A DNA stretch of 64,000 bases, taken from assembly GCA_043228905.1 (NCBI GenBank), contig JBHGNT010000013.1, positions 13,330,001-13,394,000 of the forward strand, given 5' to 3'. Source of the DNA: Azolla caroliniana (Eukaryota; Plantae; Polypodiophyta). A program made the position numbers and the translations under genes. Of the stretch, positions 12,574-24,974 are shown one piece after another. Below the pieces are notes generated by a model. It ran no database searches. It was not told where the DNA came from and worked only from the letters and a program-made list of their open reading frames with translations. Every line of letters starts with the position of its first letter. Positions within the stretch are counted from its first letter, which is position 1.

Positions 12574-15500
12574 ACGTGAGATCATGATATTGATTAATGT
12601 TTGCCCATGATATGTTTACATCACGACATGATGTTATGACTATTTGTTTGACCTTATCCTATTTCTTTGCCAAAAATAACCATTCAATGGCTCAAAATAA
12701 CGACCCGAAGTCATTCGCTCAAGCGGAAGGATCTCAAGGAAATCCTCCTAGACAAATGTCCATTGAGATGTATTTTTCGCAAATAACCCAATACCTTAGT
12801 TTCACCGCTCAACAGATGACCAAACTTCGGCAATCTCAAAGTGCTCTCGAGGCACGTGTCATTAGTTTATAATGAGAGACTAATAGACCTGATGAGCGGC
12901 AGGGTGAGCCATCATTTGTCGTTAAGCCATTTACGAGAGAAAAAAAGGAAAGAACCGAAGAAGCAATCTACACATGCCTAGGCCGATGGGAGTCTCATTT
13001 TGAGATCTATCCCACGCTAGATAGTACGAAGATTGCATATGTCGGCCGAGAACTAGGGGGTAAGGTTGCCGCCTGGTGGCGTGCGCTCCGTACTTGGGGA
13101 AATTGCCCGATACCTGGACAGATTTTGTCACAGTTTTCAAGGGCCAATTTCTGCAACCTCCCTCTCGAACCGAGGCAGCACAAGCTTTAATGAACCTCTC
13201 TAGCAGGAATTTTTCCTCGCTAGAAGACTATGTCCACCATGCTAGAACCCAAATCCAAAAATCGGGTCTAGAAGGGACAATTGGTTAATAGCTTGTTTTG
13301 TCAATGACATCCCCAATTCGAACTATCACTGGATAGTGCAGGATAAGGATTCAAAATCCTTCGAATAGAGTGTTGAAATAGTTCTTCGCTATCAACGCAC
13401 TTCGAAGAAGGACCACAACAAACCCAACGAAGCCCCCGGGACTAAGCAGTCGCAATTCGCTGGGAAATGCAAGACACCCAATGAATTCATGGATCGCGAT
13501 TGTAAGTGATAACATCCTTTTTGTGTATTCTACAAAAAGAAGGGTCATACAAAAGAGCAATGTCGAAAGCTCCAACGGAAAGAGCACGATAGCAAAGCTA
13601 AAGATGCAGACCATAAAGGTCAAATTCCTAATGTCCTTTAGGTCTATACACATCATTTAAGTAATTGTCAATGTTCTTTCCCTCAGTATGTATTGGGTCC
13701 CAATGATTTACTTCGTGCAAACGGGTATATCAATGGATCTCCCGTACAATTTTTGTTTGATTCGGGAAGCTCACACAACTTTGTGAATGATCGTTTGGTT
13801 CAAATATGGGGAATCCAAACCACCGTAAGTGATCACACCTATACGGTGCACTTGGTTGATGGAAGAGTACAATACATCAACAAGGCGATTCATTCATTAG
13901 GAATTTCAATTGACACTTATATAGAGGAAGTAGACTTCCATGTAATGAATCTTTGTACCACTGATGTAATACTGGGTTATCCCTGGTTCTATAATAAAAT
14001 CTCTTCTTTATCTATCGATTGGGTTCATCAGTCCATTTCCTTTGTACTGAACGATTGTACTCATTTTATTCAATGTGTAAAAAAACAATCCCTCTCGATT
14101 GTTTCCTCTCCATCAATATCCGAGTTGTCTTGTTCTACTTTATTTTATTGTATACTTGATCCGGACATTCACATTTACAATATTGATAATGTCTCGGTTC
14201 AATTAACATATTTTGAACAACAACAACTTGATGAAATCTTAAATGATTTTCATGATGTTTTTCCAAGTGAACTACCAGATGGGTTACCTCCTAAACGTAA
14301 TATAGACCATCATATAGATATTGTACCTGGCGTTGCACCATAAGTATACCTCCTTATCGCTTAAGTCGATCCGAAGAGGATGAGGTATCTAAGCAACTCA
14401 AGGACTATTTACGAATGGGTTATATACGTTATAGTAAATCTCCATGGGGTGCACCCGTTCTCTTGGTTAAAAAGAAAGAGGGCACATGGCGTATGTGTAT
14501 TAATTATCGACGCTTGAATAAAGTGACGATCAAGAATTCGTATCCATTGCCCCGGGCTGACGATCTAATTGACCGTCTCCAGGGAGCTTGGTATTTTACG
14601 AAACTTGATCTCCGTACTGGCTACCATCAAATTTGTATAAGTGAGGATGATGTTCCTAAAACAACATTTTGTACGCACTATGGCCATTATGAGTTTTTGG
14701 TTATGCCTTTTGGTTTGACCAATGCTCCAACTACATTTCAACAAGAAATGAATGACATTTTCCAAGAACAACTTGGCAAATTTGTCGTTATTTTCTTGGA
14801 TAATATTTAAGTTTATAGCCGTACATTACAAGAACATGCTAAACCTGTCTGCTTTGTTTTACAAACATTGCGTGACAAATAGTTTTATGCGAAGATCTCA
14901 AAATGTGAGTTCTTCAAGAAATCAATTACTTATCTTGGACATCTCATAACCGAAGGAGGAGTTGAAATTGATCCTTCTCGCATTGATAAAATCAAGCTTT
15001 GGTCCACTCTTTGGAATATTCGAGAAGTTCGATCATTCCTTGGTTTTGTCAGGTTTTTGTGAAAATCCCTTTGTAATTACTGCCAATTGACAACGCCATT
15101 TATTGATTTTCTAAAAGGTCAAACGCGTAAGTCTACAAAACCTATTGTCTGGAATGCTACACTAGACCTCACCTTTAAGGAACTCAAGGACCTGGTGTGC
15201 AAGGCTCCTTCAGTTCTTTTACCTAATCCTTCAAAACCTTTTGAGGTTGAAACCGATGCAAGCGATTATGCTATAGGTGTTGTCTTATATCAAGATGGTA
15301 AACCAATAGCATTCGAGAGTAAGAAACTTGATTCTGCTCAATGTCGGTATATCGTTCAAGAAAATGAATTATTTGCAGTTATACATGCGCTCAAAACATG
15401 GCGCCATTATCTTTATGGAAATTGCTTTGTGGTAACTACGGACCACGAGTCCTTGAAATATTTTTGTGACCAACAAGACCTGAAAGGTCGTAAGGCACGA

Positions 15501-16675
15501 TGGGCTAATCTCATCCAGGACTTTGATTTTCCATAAGATATCGTAAAGGTTCCATGAACACTGTCGTTGATGCACTAAGGCGCATCCGTGAAGTTAACAT
15601 GCTTAGCTTCACTGAAATATCCTTAGATCTTTATGATCACCTTCGAGGAAAGTATCCTGATGACAGTTATTTCACAAAATACTGGGCAAGAGTTTAGTCT
15701 GGAACAGACACCACCACATCCTTGAAGGAATACTTCCACATTGTTAACGGTCTGCTCTACCGTAATGGGAAGGTTTGTGTTCCAGATTTGCCTGAGCTCA
15801 AAAAGAGAATTCTTTTTTAATGCCATGATGCACCCACAATAGGGCACCCTGGAATACATCATACACTCATTCTCATCTCCACTCAATTCTATTGGCCTAA
15901 GATGCGCCCTAACATACATAGTTATGTGACTAAATGTCACCAATGTCAGGTTAACAAAGCCGAGCGACTTAAAGCTGCAAGACCTTTACATCCCTTGGAC
16001 ATTCCCAATAATAAATGGGAAAGTATATCCATGGATTTTATTGTTAGCCTTCCTCGCACCCAAAAAGGCCATGATGCCATCTGGGTTGTGGTTGATAGAC
16101 TAACTAAAATGGCCAGATTTATTGCTACTAAAACCACGGTAATAGCTCTTGAATTGGCTTACCAATTCATTGACGAGTTATTTCGTTTTTATGGGTTACC
16201 GATGGATATTGTGAGTGATCGAGATCCAAAGTTTACAAGTGACTTCTAGATGCAAGTCTTCACGAAGTTAGAAACTACATTGAGCATGAGCTCCACGGAT
16301 CATCCTCAATTTGATGGACAGACAGAACGAGTAAATCAAATTATTGAGGACATGCTTCGAGCATACATTGGTGCAAAACCAACAAAATGGGAACGTTATC
16401 TCCCAATTTTGGAGTTTGCTTATAACAGCTCCAAGCATACGTTGACGAGATATAATCCTTTTATGTTGATGTATGGTTTTGAGCCACGAGCCCCAATTGA
16501 TATTAATACACATCATGATGAGTTGCGAAGTACGCAAAACTTTCTTCGGGATACGCAAGATATGTTGCATATTGCATGAGATAATATAAAAATTGCTCAA
16601 GATAGAGCGCATTTTTATGCCGATCATCATAGGCAACCTCGTGTATTCAACCCTGGACAGAAGGTATTTTTACGT

Positions 16676-17346
16676 TGTCGTGTTGCTACGCGCGTGCGTG
16701 GAGAAGGGCGGGACCACAGGGGTCTTGGACTAAGGAGTAGAGGAGAAGGAATCGGACACGGAATGGAAACTTTGCTCAAGAAGAGGAAGAATGAACAAGA
16801 GGAAGATGGAGACAAGATGAACAACAAGATGTATTAAAACGAGATGAACGATTACAAAATGGTAGCCGCATAGGCCGCACCAAACGACTACTCGAAACCC
16901 TAACCCTAACCCTAACGCTCGACCTATGTGGTATACCTCGCACACTCAAAATAGGCAACCCCCACAATGGTGCCTTCCCTCTCCTTTTATAGCACAAGGA
17001 GGGAAGACCGTTTACAAACGTGAGACTAAAATATCCCCTTTCATTCAAAGGGGATATTTGCCTTGATTTGGGGGAGGGTGAGATTGATGGCCCCTTTAAC
17101 TCCCACCTCCTCACAAACAACTAGGTACCTATGTACCGCATAGTACCTCTCTCTCTCTCTCTCGCGTGGATGTGCGCACAAGACCACATCGCCTTTATAC
17201 CTTAGGGATCTTATGGGGCATTTCTAGCACCATACCCTTTACCCCTATTATTATTACAAATACATTATGTACGTGTGCAACGTTGCAGATCGCACTTTGG
17301 CTCTCATTGCTCGGGTTTCCGCTCGTGGACGAAAATCTTCACGACA
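16676..17346 (-). repeat. 3' LTR of the non-autonomous element
   Basis: TGTCGTG..CACGACA termini; about 12-14 differences from 20810-21478 by eye. Confidence 0.95.
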
Positions 17347-20300
17347 TCCGCCCCCACCTAACCGCACATCCACCGGTATGTGCCAAAACATAGGGGAGAG
17401 AACACGAGATTTTCGGCCACGACGACCGGCCGAGTTCCTTAGCGTCCTCGTGGGCCCGCCCGGTTTTGTCCTCCACTTCGAGCAAGACCACCCCGTCCAC
17501 ACGAACCACCACCGCCTTCCGGTCCACCATCCTCGCCGACTGGTCTCGAACCGTCGGCGCCACCCGATCCGCCACACTCGACGATGTTCGCCGAGTTATT
17601 GCCTCCACCCGATCCGCCACGTCCACCGTGGATCCTTGAACCACCGACTATATCCGACCCGTTGTATACGATGCCCGTGCTTTCCTCCACGTTCGGTCCT
17701 CCCAAACGTCGTCGCCGACCCGGCTGCTCTTCCTTTGTCCGCCTCGTATATCCTCCGGATGCGCTCCCGGTCGTATGTCGGAGTCCACCCTTTGCGTGCC
17801 ACACATCTCGGCGTGCCGACTCTCTCCGCTCCGCGCTTGCCTTCCATAGGTTTTCCCCGTTGTTCGCCGTGCTCTCTCAGGTAGAGTGTACTGTCATCCC
17901 GACCTCCGTGTCGGTGTCCCTCGAGGCTCTCGTTACCGCTTCACCTCGACTTGCGCCCTCTTGGCCCGCTTGGCCTTGCATGCCCTCCGGGAAGCCGCGC
18001 TTCCTCTTCCCGGCGTGTAGCCCGTTACTCTCTGCGCACCTTCTTCGGTTCTCAAGACACGACTCTCCGCTCATGCCGATCGCGCTCGGCCCATGTCGTC
18101 GGTCTTGGTGTTTCGCCGCACCGTCCTTCGTCCCGCACTTGCCTCTCTAAGGCTTGACCCGACTGTCATCGTCGGTCAATCGTTGTCGTCCATCGGCCGT
18201 ATGCATGCTTGTGTCTTGGCCCTCCACCGGCCGTATTGCATGTGTCTCGTGTCGCGCTTCCGCCGTAGACCGACCTCCGCGTCGGTCTCCAACTCCTCGC
18301 CGCCACCCACCGTTTCTTCGGTCTTCCTTCGATCCGCGACCGCCGATGCCTCTCGGATAGGTGTGGAGGGTTCCTCCCACTCTCGGTCCACCACCGAGTC
18401 CTCGCCTCTCAAAGGCTCAATCGGTCCACCGTTTCCGGTCACTCGTTGACGCTCCCCCGAGTGCATGGTTGTTCCTTGACCCTCCGTCGGCCGTAGTGCA
18501 TGCTTCACTTCACGCTCATCCGCCGTAGACCCGACCTCCGCATTGGTCTCTTCGTCCTTCCCACACCGGGCATCCGCTCCGGTACCCGATTCCGCATTGT
18601 CTTCCAACTCCTCGCCGCCACCCGCCATCTCTTCGGTCTTCCATTGATCCGCAACCGCCGAAGTCTCAAGCATAGGTGTGGAGGGCTCCTCTTGCTCTCG
18701 GCCTCTCACCGACCCGTACTCGTCGTGCCCGGTTAGCCTCCTTCTCACTCTCACCGGCTCCCACCGTAACCGTACCCGGCCGGCTACGGATCAATCAAAC
18801 AATCCCAGTCTTGCCAGCTTCCTTCGGTTCGGGCCCGGTTGACCGGCCCCCGCTTCACTCTTCTTCCGCTCCACCTCCCGGTCGGGTCGGATTACCTACC
18901 GGCTTATCTTTCGGTCGGGTCGGTTCCCGACTCGCTCCTCGATGCCGCTCCGGACCTCTCCTTCGGTCTTTTCGCACGTGCCCACTCCGGGCCTCTCATC
19001 CTCATGGCCATCGCCCATCTCCCCGGTCTTATGTCCGTGCTCGGGCGCAACCGCCGAAGTCTCCGGTCCCGGTGTCGAAGGATCTCGCCTCCGTCCGCTA
19101 CAAACCTCCTCTTCGTCATTTTGGTTGCCCGCCTTGCCGCCGCCACCGTCCGTCTCTCTAGGTCTCACACCGGCTCTCGGGCCGGTTGCCGGAGTCTCTA
19201 GGACCGGTGTGTGGAAGGTCGCAGCACCGCCGCTCATCTCCTCTTCTTCCTCAATTTTTCCAGCCTCGAGTATGCTCGCGAAATCCTCGTAGAATGTTTC
19301 GGGCAACCGCGTCCCAAAACTTTCGCCCACTCTCGAAGTGGCGTCCATTGCTCCGTAGATATCAGCCTCATCCATGGTCGTCCTCTTCCCACAAGTCGAG
19401 AGGGTCGCTCGCTCCGCACCCTCTCCCACATCGTCTCCGTGGTCGCCCACCTTGCCGCCGCCACCGTTCGTTACCCTAGGTCTCACGCGGGCACTCGGGC
19501 CGGCCGCCGGGGTCTCTTGAACCGGTGCGCGTAAGGTAGCAACGCCGCCGCTCGTCAATGCTATGCCTGTAGCCACCTCCATTCGGACATCATCGTCCGT
19601 GGCTACCCCTCCTCCGTATATGCAAGCATCAATTATACTTGCCGCCTCCTCTTCCACGGTCTCCTTACCGTTGTCTCGGTTGCCCGCCTTGCCGCCGCCA
19701 CCGCCTGTCGCTCTAGGTCTCACGCCGGCAATCGGGCCGACCGCCGGTGCCTCTAAGGCCGGTGTGTGTAAGGTCGCGGCACCGCTGCTTGTCTCCTCCT
19801 CACTCGATGTTTCGAGCCGCCATGTCCCGAATCCGTAGTTACCGGCCTCCATGGTCGTCCATTCGCCGCAAGACGAGAGAGTCGCTCTTTCCGCACCCTC
19901 TCCCATGTCACCATCGTGGTCGCCCGCCTTGCCGCCGCCACCGTCCGTCACTCTAGGTCTCAGACCGGCTCTCGGGCCGGTCACCGGAGTCTCTAGGCCC
20001 GGTGTGCGTAAGGTCCCAGCACCACCGCCCGTCTTCTCCCCGCTCGATGTTTCGGGCCTCCATGCCCGAACACCCTCATGTCCGCTCGAACCGGCGATCG
20101 CCGCCTCACCGTCCCCGACCTCGTCCTCAATCGATCTTTCTCCGCATGTCGAGAGGGTGGCTCGCTCCGCACCCTCTCCCGTGGTACCGATGTACCATTC
20201 TCTTTCGACCTCCTCATCCTCCGATCTGCTCGGGCCCGACTCCGCAATAAGCCCTTCTTCGGCTTCGACTTGTGCCTCTACGATCTCGTACGCTTCCCGC

Positions 20301-20765
20301 ACTAAGGCTTTGATGTCGAGCTCCTCCGAACCGATTTGCGTTGAGCTCTCTTTCGGCGGTAGTGCGTAGTCGGTCGCCGCTCGCGGGCCGCGTTGTGGCC
20401 GACCGCCTCTCATCGCATTGTATGCACGCCCATTCCACCTCGTTCCAATCTTCGGTGAGGCCGTACGCCCCTTCATCGTCTTCGAGGTAGGGAAAAATGG
20501 CCATTCTCCCCCTTTCGTTGACCGACTTCAAGAATAGTGGGACCTTGTCCGCCCCCACCGATTCTTGATCTCGGACCGAAAGTTGGGAAAACCAGAGATC
20601 GAACTCCCGGAATGCCTTCATTGCGCTTCGAGGAGCCTTTGCCGACGACACCCATAGATCGAACTCGCGTCGATCGTACTTGTACGCCTCTTCCCGTCTT
20701 TCTCTCCTTCTTGCGAAATCCCTTGCCATTCTCATAATTACTTCCGCGATGTCTCCGGCTTCCAT
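17339..20765 (-). pseudogene. Truncated gag followed by long Glu/Gly/Thr/Ala-rich repetitive ORFs (frameshifted chain)
   Basis: ORF 20214-20792 aligns by eye to gag of the 5281-12573 element (FSQLSVRDQ..KVPLFLKSV..LED..GLTEDW vs FGGLSARDQ..KVIMFLRAV..LED..GLTETW); then ORFs 18896-20476, 18176-18754 and 17339-17644. Confidence 0.75.
19131..20030. repeat. Four dispersed copies of a ~105-bp GC-rich module inside the non-autonomous element
   Basis: ccttgccgccgccaccg..ctaggtctca..cgggccg..ccggtgtg near 19131, 19450, 19687 and 19927; encodes TPxLETPxxGPxAGxRPRxTxGGGGKxG on minus strand. Confidence 0.9.
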
Positions 20766-20787
20766 CTCCTTCCTCCCTTGCCGCCTC

Positions 20788-20805
20788 TTCACGTCGGGTT
20801 CACCA
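20788..20805 (-). promoter_or_regulatory. tRNA-Trp primer-binding site of the non-autonomous element
   Basis: TTCACGTCGGGTTCACCA, identical to 11737-11754, 4 nt from the LTR. Confidence 0.85.
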
Positions 20806-20809
20806 AATA

Positions 20810-21478
20810 TGTTGCGTTGCTACGCGCGTGCGTGGAGAAGGGCAGGACCACGGGGGTCTTGGACTAAGGAGTAGAGGAGAAGGAATCGGACACGGAATGG
20901 AAGCTTCGCTCAAGAAGAGGAAGAATGAACAAGAGGAAGATGGAGACAAGATGAACAACAAGATGTATTAAAACGAGATGAACGATTACAAAATGGTGGC
21001 CGCATAGGCCGCACCAAACGACTACTCGAAACCCTAACCCTAACCCTAACGCTCGACCTATGTGGTATACCTCGCACACTCAAAATAGGCAACCCCCATA
21101 ATGGTGCCTTCCCTCTCCTTTTATAGCACAAGGAGGGAAGACCGTTTACAAACGTGAGACTAAAATATCCCCTTTCATTCAAAGGGGATATTTGCCTTGA
21201 TTTGGGGAAGGGTGAGATTGATGGCCCCGTTAACTCCCACCTCCTCACAAACAACTAGGTACCTATGTACCGCATAGTACCTCTCTCTCTCTCGCGCGTG
21301 GATGTGCGCACAAGACCACATCGCCTTTATACCTTAGGGATCTTATGGGGCATTTCTAGCACCATACCCTTTACCCCTATTATTATTACAAATACATTAT
21401 GTACGTGTGCAACGTTGCAGATCGCTCTTTGGCTCTCGTTGCTCGGGTTTCCGCTCGTGGACGAAAATCTTCACGACA
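20810..21478 (-). repeat. 5' LTR of the non-autonomous element
   Basis: Direct repeat of 16676-17346, adjacent to PBS. Confidence 0.95.
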
Positions 21479-21884
21479 ACGTGTACCTCACAATTCTAGG
21501 ACATTGTCTAAGGGTAAGTGTGCTAAGTTAGCCCCACGGTTTTGTGAACCTTTTACAGTCCTCAAACGCATTGGGTCCTCAGCCTATCGTCTTGCTCTTC
21601 CCGATGTCGTTGAAATTCATCCAGTTTTTCATGTGAGTCGTCTAAAAGAACTTCTAGGTTCTGGCAACAATACAGTTACAACTGAAACTCTGGTTACTTT
21701 TGAAGAATTATCTTCTAAACCACATGTATCAGAAAGAATTCTCGATGTTAAAATAAAAAAATTACGTGCTAAAGAAATCCGAGAATTTAAAATAAAATGG
21801 ATGGATAAATCAATAAAAGATGCCACATGGGAACATGAAAATACACTCAAAACTAACTTCCCTAACTTTCCATTACAAGAGTGT

Positions 21885-22341
21885 TGTTACGGGCATGACC
21901 ATATAATATCCCGTGGTGAGAATTTATTGTAGTATTCTATACACGTGGATAAGTGTGAGGGTTAAACGAGAGTGTAAAGAAGGGGAGGATTACTTTTAAT
22001 CCTCGGGATTGAGACAACCCATTAGGCCAAGTGTGAACTTGTCTGGGGGCCTTGGGTATCGCTATAAATAAGAGGCCTAACTACCCTCATTTCATTATCT
22101 TGTTGACTATGTCGAGACTTTGTCTTGTGGTGGGTCAACTCTTGTAGCGAGCGCGCCAGCACCAGGTACGACTTGATGCCACGACGGTGGTATGGGACGT
22201 CGATCGAGGCTTGAGTCCATGTCGATCCCTTCGCTCGGGGGTGGTCAAGTGGATCAGCACCCTTCTTTTTCTCTCTCCTTTCTATCTATCTATACATATT
22301 CTATCCTTATCTAATGCTTACATTAGTTCATGTCTCTAACA
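21885..22341 (+). repeat. LTR-like segment (TGTTA..TAACA) after the chromodomain; no partner in window
   Basis: 5-bp inverted termini and TATA box ctataaata near 22062; no PPT, TSD or matching second copy found. Confidence 0.55.
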
Positions 22342-22800
22342 TCCTCAGTCCACAAGAGCGATTGATCTCTATCCACCTATCTGCCTATAGCCCTCCTATC
22401 CCCCACTTCAGCCAAGTCTAGGTAGTCCTCAATCCACATGAGCGATTGATCTCTATCCCCCTATAACTCTCATGTCCCCCACCTCAGCCAAGTTCAGGTG
22501 GCCCTCAGTCCACAAGAGCGATTGATCTCTATCCGCCCATAGCCCTCTTGTCCCCCACCTCAGCCAAGTCCAGGTGGCCCTCAGTCCACAAGAGCGATTG
22601 ATCTCTATCCGCCTATAGCCCTCTTGTTCCCCACCTTAGCCAAGTCCAGGTGGCCCTCAATCCACAAGAGCGATTGATCTTTATTCGCCAATTGCTAGCT
22701 CGTACACGATGGCCCTCCTGTCCCCCACCTCAACCAAGTCTAGGTGGCCCTCAATCCACATGTCAAGCGATTGATCTTTATCCATCGATTGTTAGCTCAT
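22342..22800. repeat. Tandem minisatellite, ~6 copies of a 76-bp unit
   Basis: ccctcagtccacaagagcgattgatctctatcc recurs near 22342, 22425, 22501, 22577, 22653 and 22747. Confidence 0.92.
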
Positions 22801-23200
22801 TTTTTGTCACTAGCCCCGTCCAACTATCAGAGCCGGCAGTTCTACGAGGATGTCCTCAATGTCATTGTAGCTCAACTCGGTGTCCAACAGATGTTTACGT
22901 CCCCATACCATCCTAAGACAAATGACCTCACCAAACGCCTCAACAAGACACTCAAGAAGGAGATTGGCGCTTACATCGATCCATGCCACAAAAACTAGGA
23001 TCAAATCTTGCCTTTCGCCACCCACGCCTACAATACATCCGTACAGGCGTCAACATGGATCAACCCTTTTTTAGCACTCTATAACCCTCGCCTCCAACCA
23101 GAATCGTCCATCAATGTCCATTTGAAACCTACCAACATGGATAATGCCACTTGGGAGCTCCATCTCCACTAGATGCTCCCCCTCCTTCGACAAGCCATTG
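22800..23200 (+). mobile_element. Ty3/gypsy integrase remnant
   Basis: FTSPYHPKTNDLTKRLNKTLK..*DQILPFATHAYNTSVQAST integrase core motif with stop. Confidence 0.8.
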
Positions 23201-24974
23201 CTCATGTTCTTGTTCCTGCTCCTGCTCCTTAGTGTCTTGTTTCTCTCAGGGGGAAAATGTGGTGTGCATGTGTTCCTTTGTGCCACCCTTTTAGCACACC
23301 CTTTTTAGCTAAGCCAACCCAAATGGGTACCTTTGTACGAACTATAAATTGAGTAAGAAGTAAGAAGCTAACTAGGCTAGTTTTGATCTCTTATGTGCAT
23401 TTCACAATATTAAATAACATGCTTAATGCTCAAATGACCATAATTTATGCTCGATATGCTCACAATGAATTGATTACGATGCAATTTCTATTTGGAGAAA
23501 GCTTATTTGGGTTAACACACATAATGGGCTTGGACAATGTCTATCCTACCTAGAGCAAGATGTTGTGTCTAGAGTAATGCTTAATGTTGGAGTGACATCA
23601 AATACTTCCCTCGAGCTATTTGTTTGACAATGATGCACACTTAGCCCATTGTTTGTTTGTTTGTTGCAGCAACTCATTCCTTTGTTGGTGATGTTATTAC
23701 GAATTGCAACTAATGATGATATTGTGGGTTTGCATCTTCCATATGGGGGACAGGTTACAATTGGTAGCACTAGCTTTGGCAAATGAATATTTTATGTTTC
23801 TACAAGCCTCACATGAGAATCTTGAGAAGAGGATGCACATATAAGACTGATTTGCCGCGGCGTTCGGATTACATATTAATTGGAGGATGTAAGGCGTCGT
23901 GCTCTTTAACAAGAGGGATTTATAATGTCTAGGATGACAAAGATCAGTGGTTGAAAAGGCTCTATTTTTAGGGTGTCCATAAATCAATAGTGAATGTTAC
24001 TAATGTCCAACAAAGTGAATGGAGGATGTGTGACGAGGGGCCTCTGTCTTCTCTCTTCTCACTTTTCCGTCCCATTCCCTTGTCCATTCCATTCCATTTG
24101 GGGTGTGTGTGTGTGTGTGTGTGGACATGGAGATGGAGAGCTTGCTTGCTTCCATTCCCTTTCCCATTCCCATAGTACGTAAAATTCATGTTCGTCTAGC
24201 ATAACATTCGTTCTCCTACGTTGGAAATGAGAATGTTATTCAAACATTCTTGTGTTTTTTGTTTTTCCCTTTTTTAAAGTTTTTTTTTTTTTTTTTTTTT
24301 TCCTTTTTTAGTTTTTATTTACCTCATAATAAATAGTTAATCCAAAAGTATGTATGGTATTTAGCATTCTTCGAAGGGTGTTTACCATACTCGAATGATT
24401 GAAGCATTCTCGAATGCGAATGAACTTATAGTACATACCATGCCTATTCTTCCATTCCATGCCCATTCGTCCATTCGTCCATTCGGAAAGCAGGCAAACA
24501 CAAACAAACAAACAAACGTCAAAAGAAGAAAAGGGGGCTTCGTCTTCTTCCTTTTTTCCTTCCTCCTCCGCGCGCGCACAGATACACGCAGAGACGCAGA
24601 GACGCAGACGCAGAAACGCAGAAGCTCGTCGCCATTCCTGCCCCCCTCCTCCCCCCCTCCCCGGGGGGCCCAACATATCTACCCCTTCCTAACTTCCCTC
24701 CACCATGAAGAAGCTGAGAGATTCAGAAGAAGCAGAAAACCCTAGATTTCTCTGCGCTGAACGAGGATATGATCCCTGTGATGAGTGCAGAGCAGAAGCC
24801 TTCACCTAAATCTTGAGGCATCTGAAAACCTTTGCTTCCTTCCTCTCTGCTTTGAAGAAGACGTATTGGCTTCTGTGAGTGCGAATTAGGAGTCGTAAAG
24901 CTAATCGAGCTTCCAGATTCTCCATCACAGGAGCCCTTTCTGCTGTGCATCATTTCTCATTTTCTCACACCAAG

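Larger units (their letters stand above)
16676..21478 (-). mobile_element. Non-autonomous LTR retrotransposon related to the Trp-primed gypsy family, 4-bp ACGT TSD
   Basis: Paired ~670-bp LTRs (16676-17346, 20810-21478); ACGT at 16672-16675 and 21479-21482; tRNA-Trp PBS 20788-20805; PPT 17347-17359; no PR/RT/RH/INT motifs recognisable. Confidence 0.93.
12578..21884 (+). mobile_element. Decayed Ty3/gypsy chromovirus (Tcn1/Reina-like) internal region: gag-PR-RT-RH-INT-chromodomain, interrupted at 16676-21478
   Basis: PR FLFDSGSSHNF; [31 protein letters not shown]; RH ETDASDYAIG; INT WESISMDF..IVSDRDPKF; chromodomain ERILDV..EFKIKW..DATWE. Removing the insert plus one ACGT restores QKVFLRVPHNS in frame. 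Confidence 0.92.

Noticed and set aside
16895-16915. Interstitial telomere or chromosome fusion site
   Set aside because: Only three units, present in both LTRs as part of the element.
17267-20369. Many plus-strand ORFs in the non-autonomous element
   Set aside because: Overlapping shadows in GC-rich sequence with no recognisable domains.
22342-22800. CRISPR-like array
   Set aside because: Whole 76-bp units repeat with no unique spacers, no cas genes, and the context is eukaryotic.
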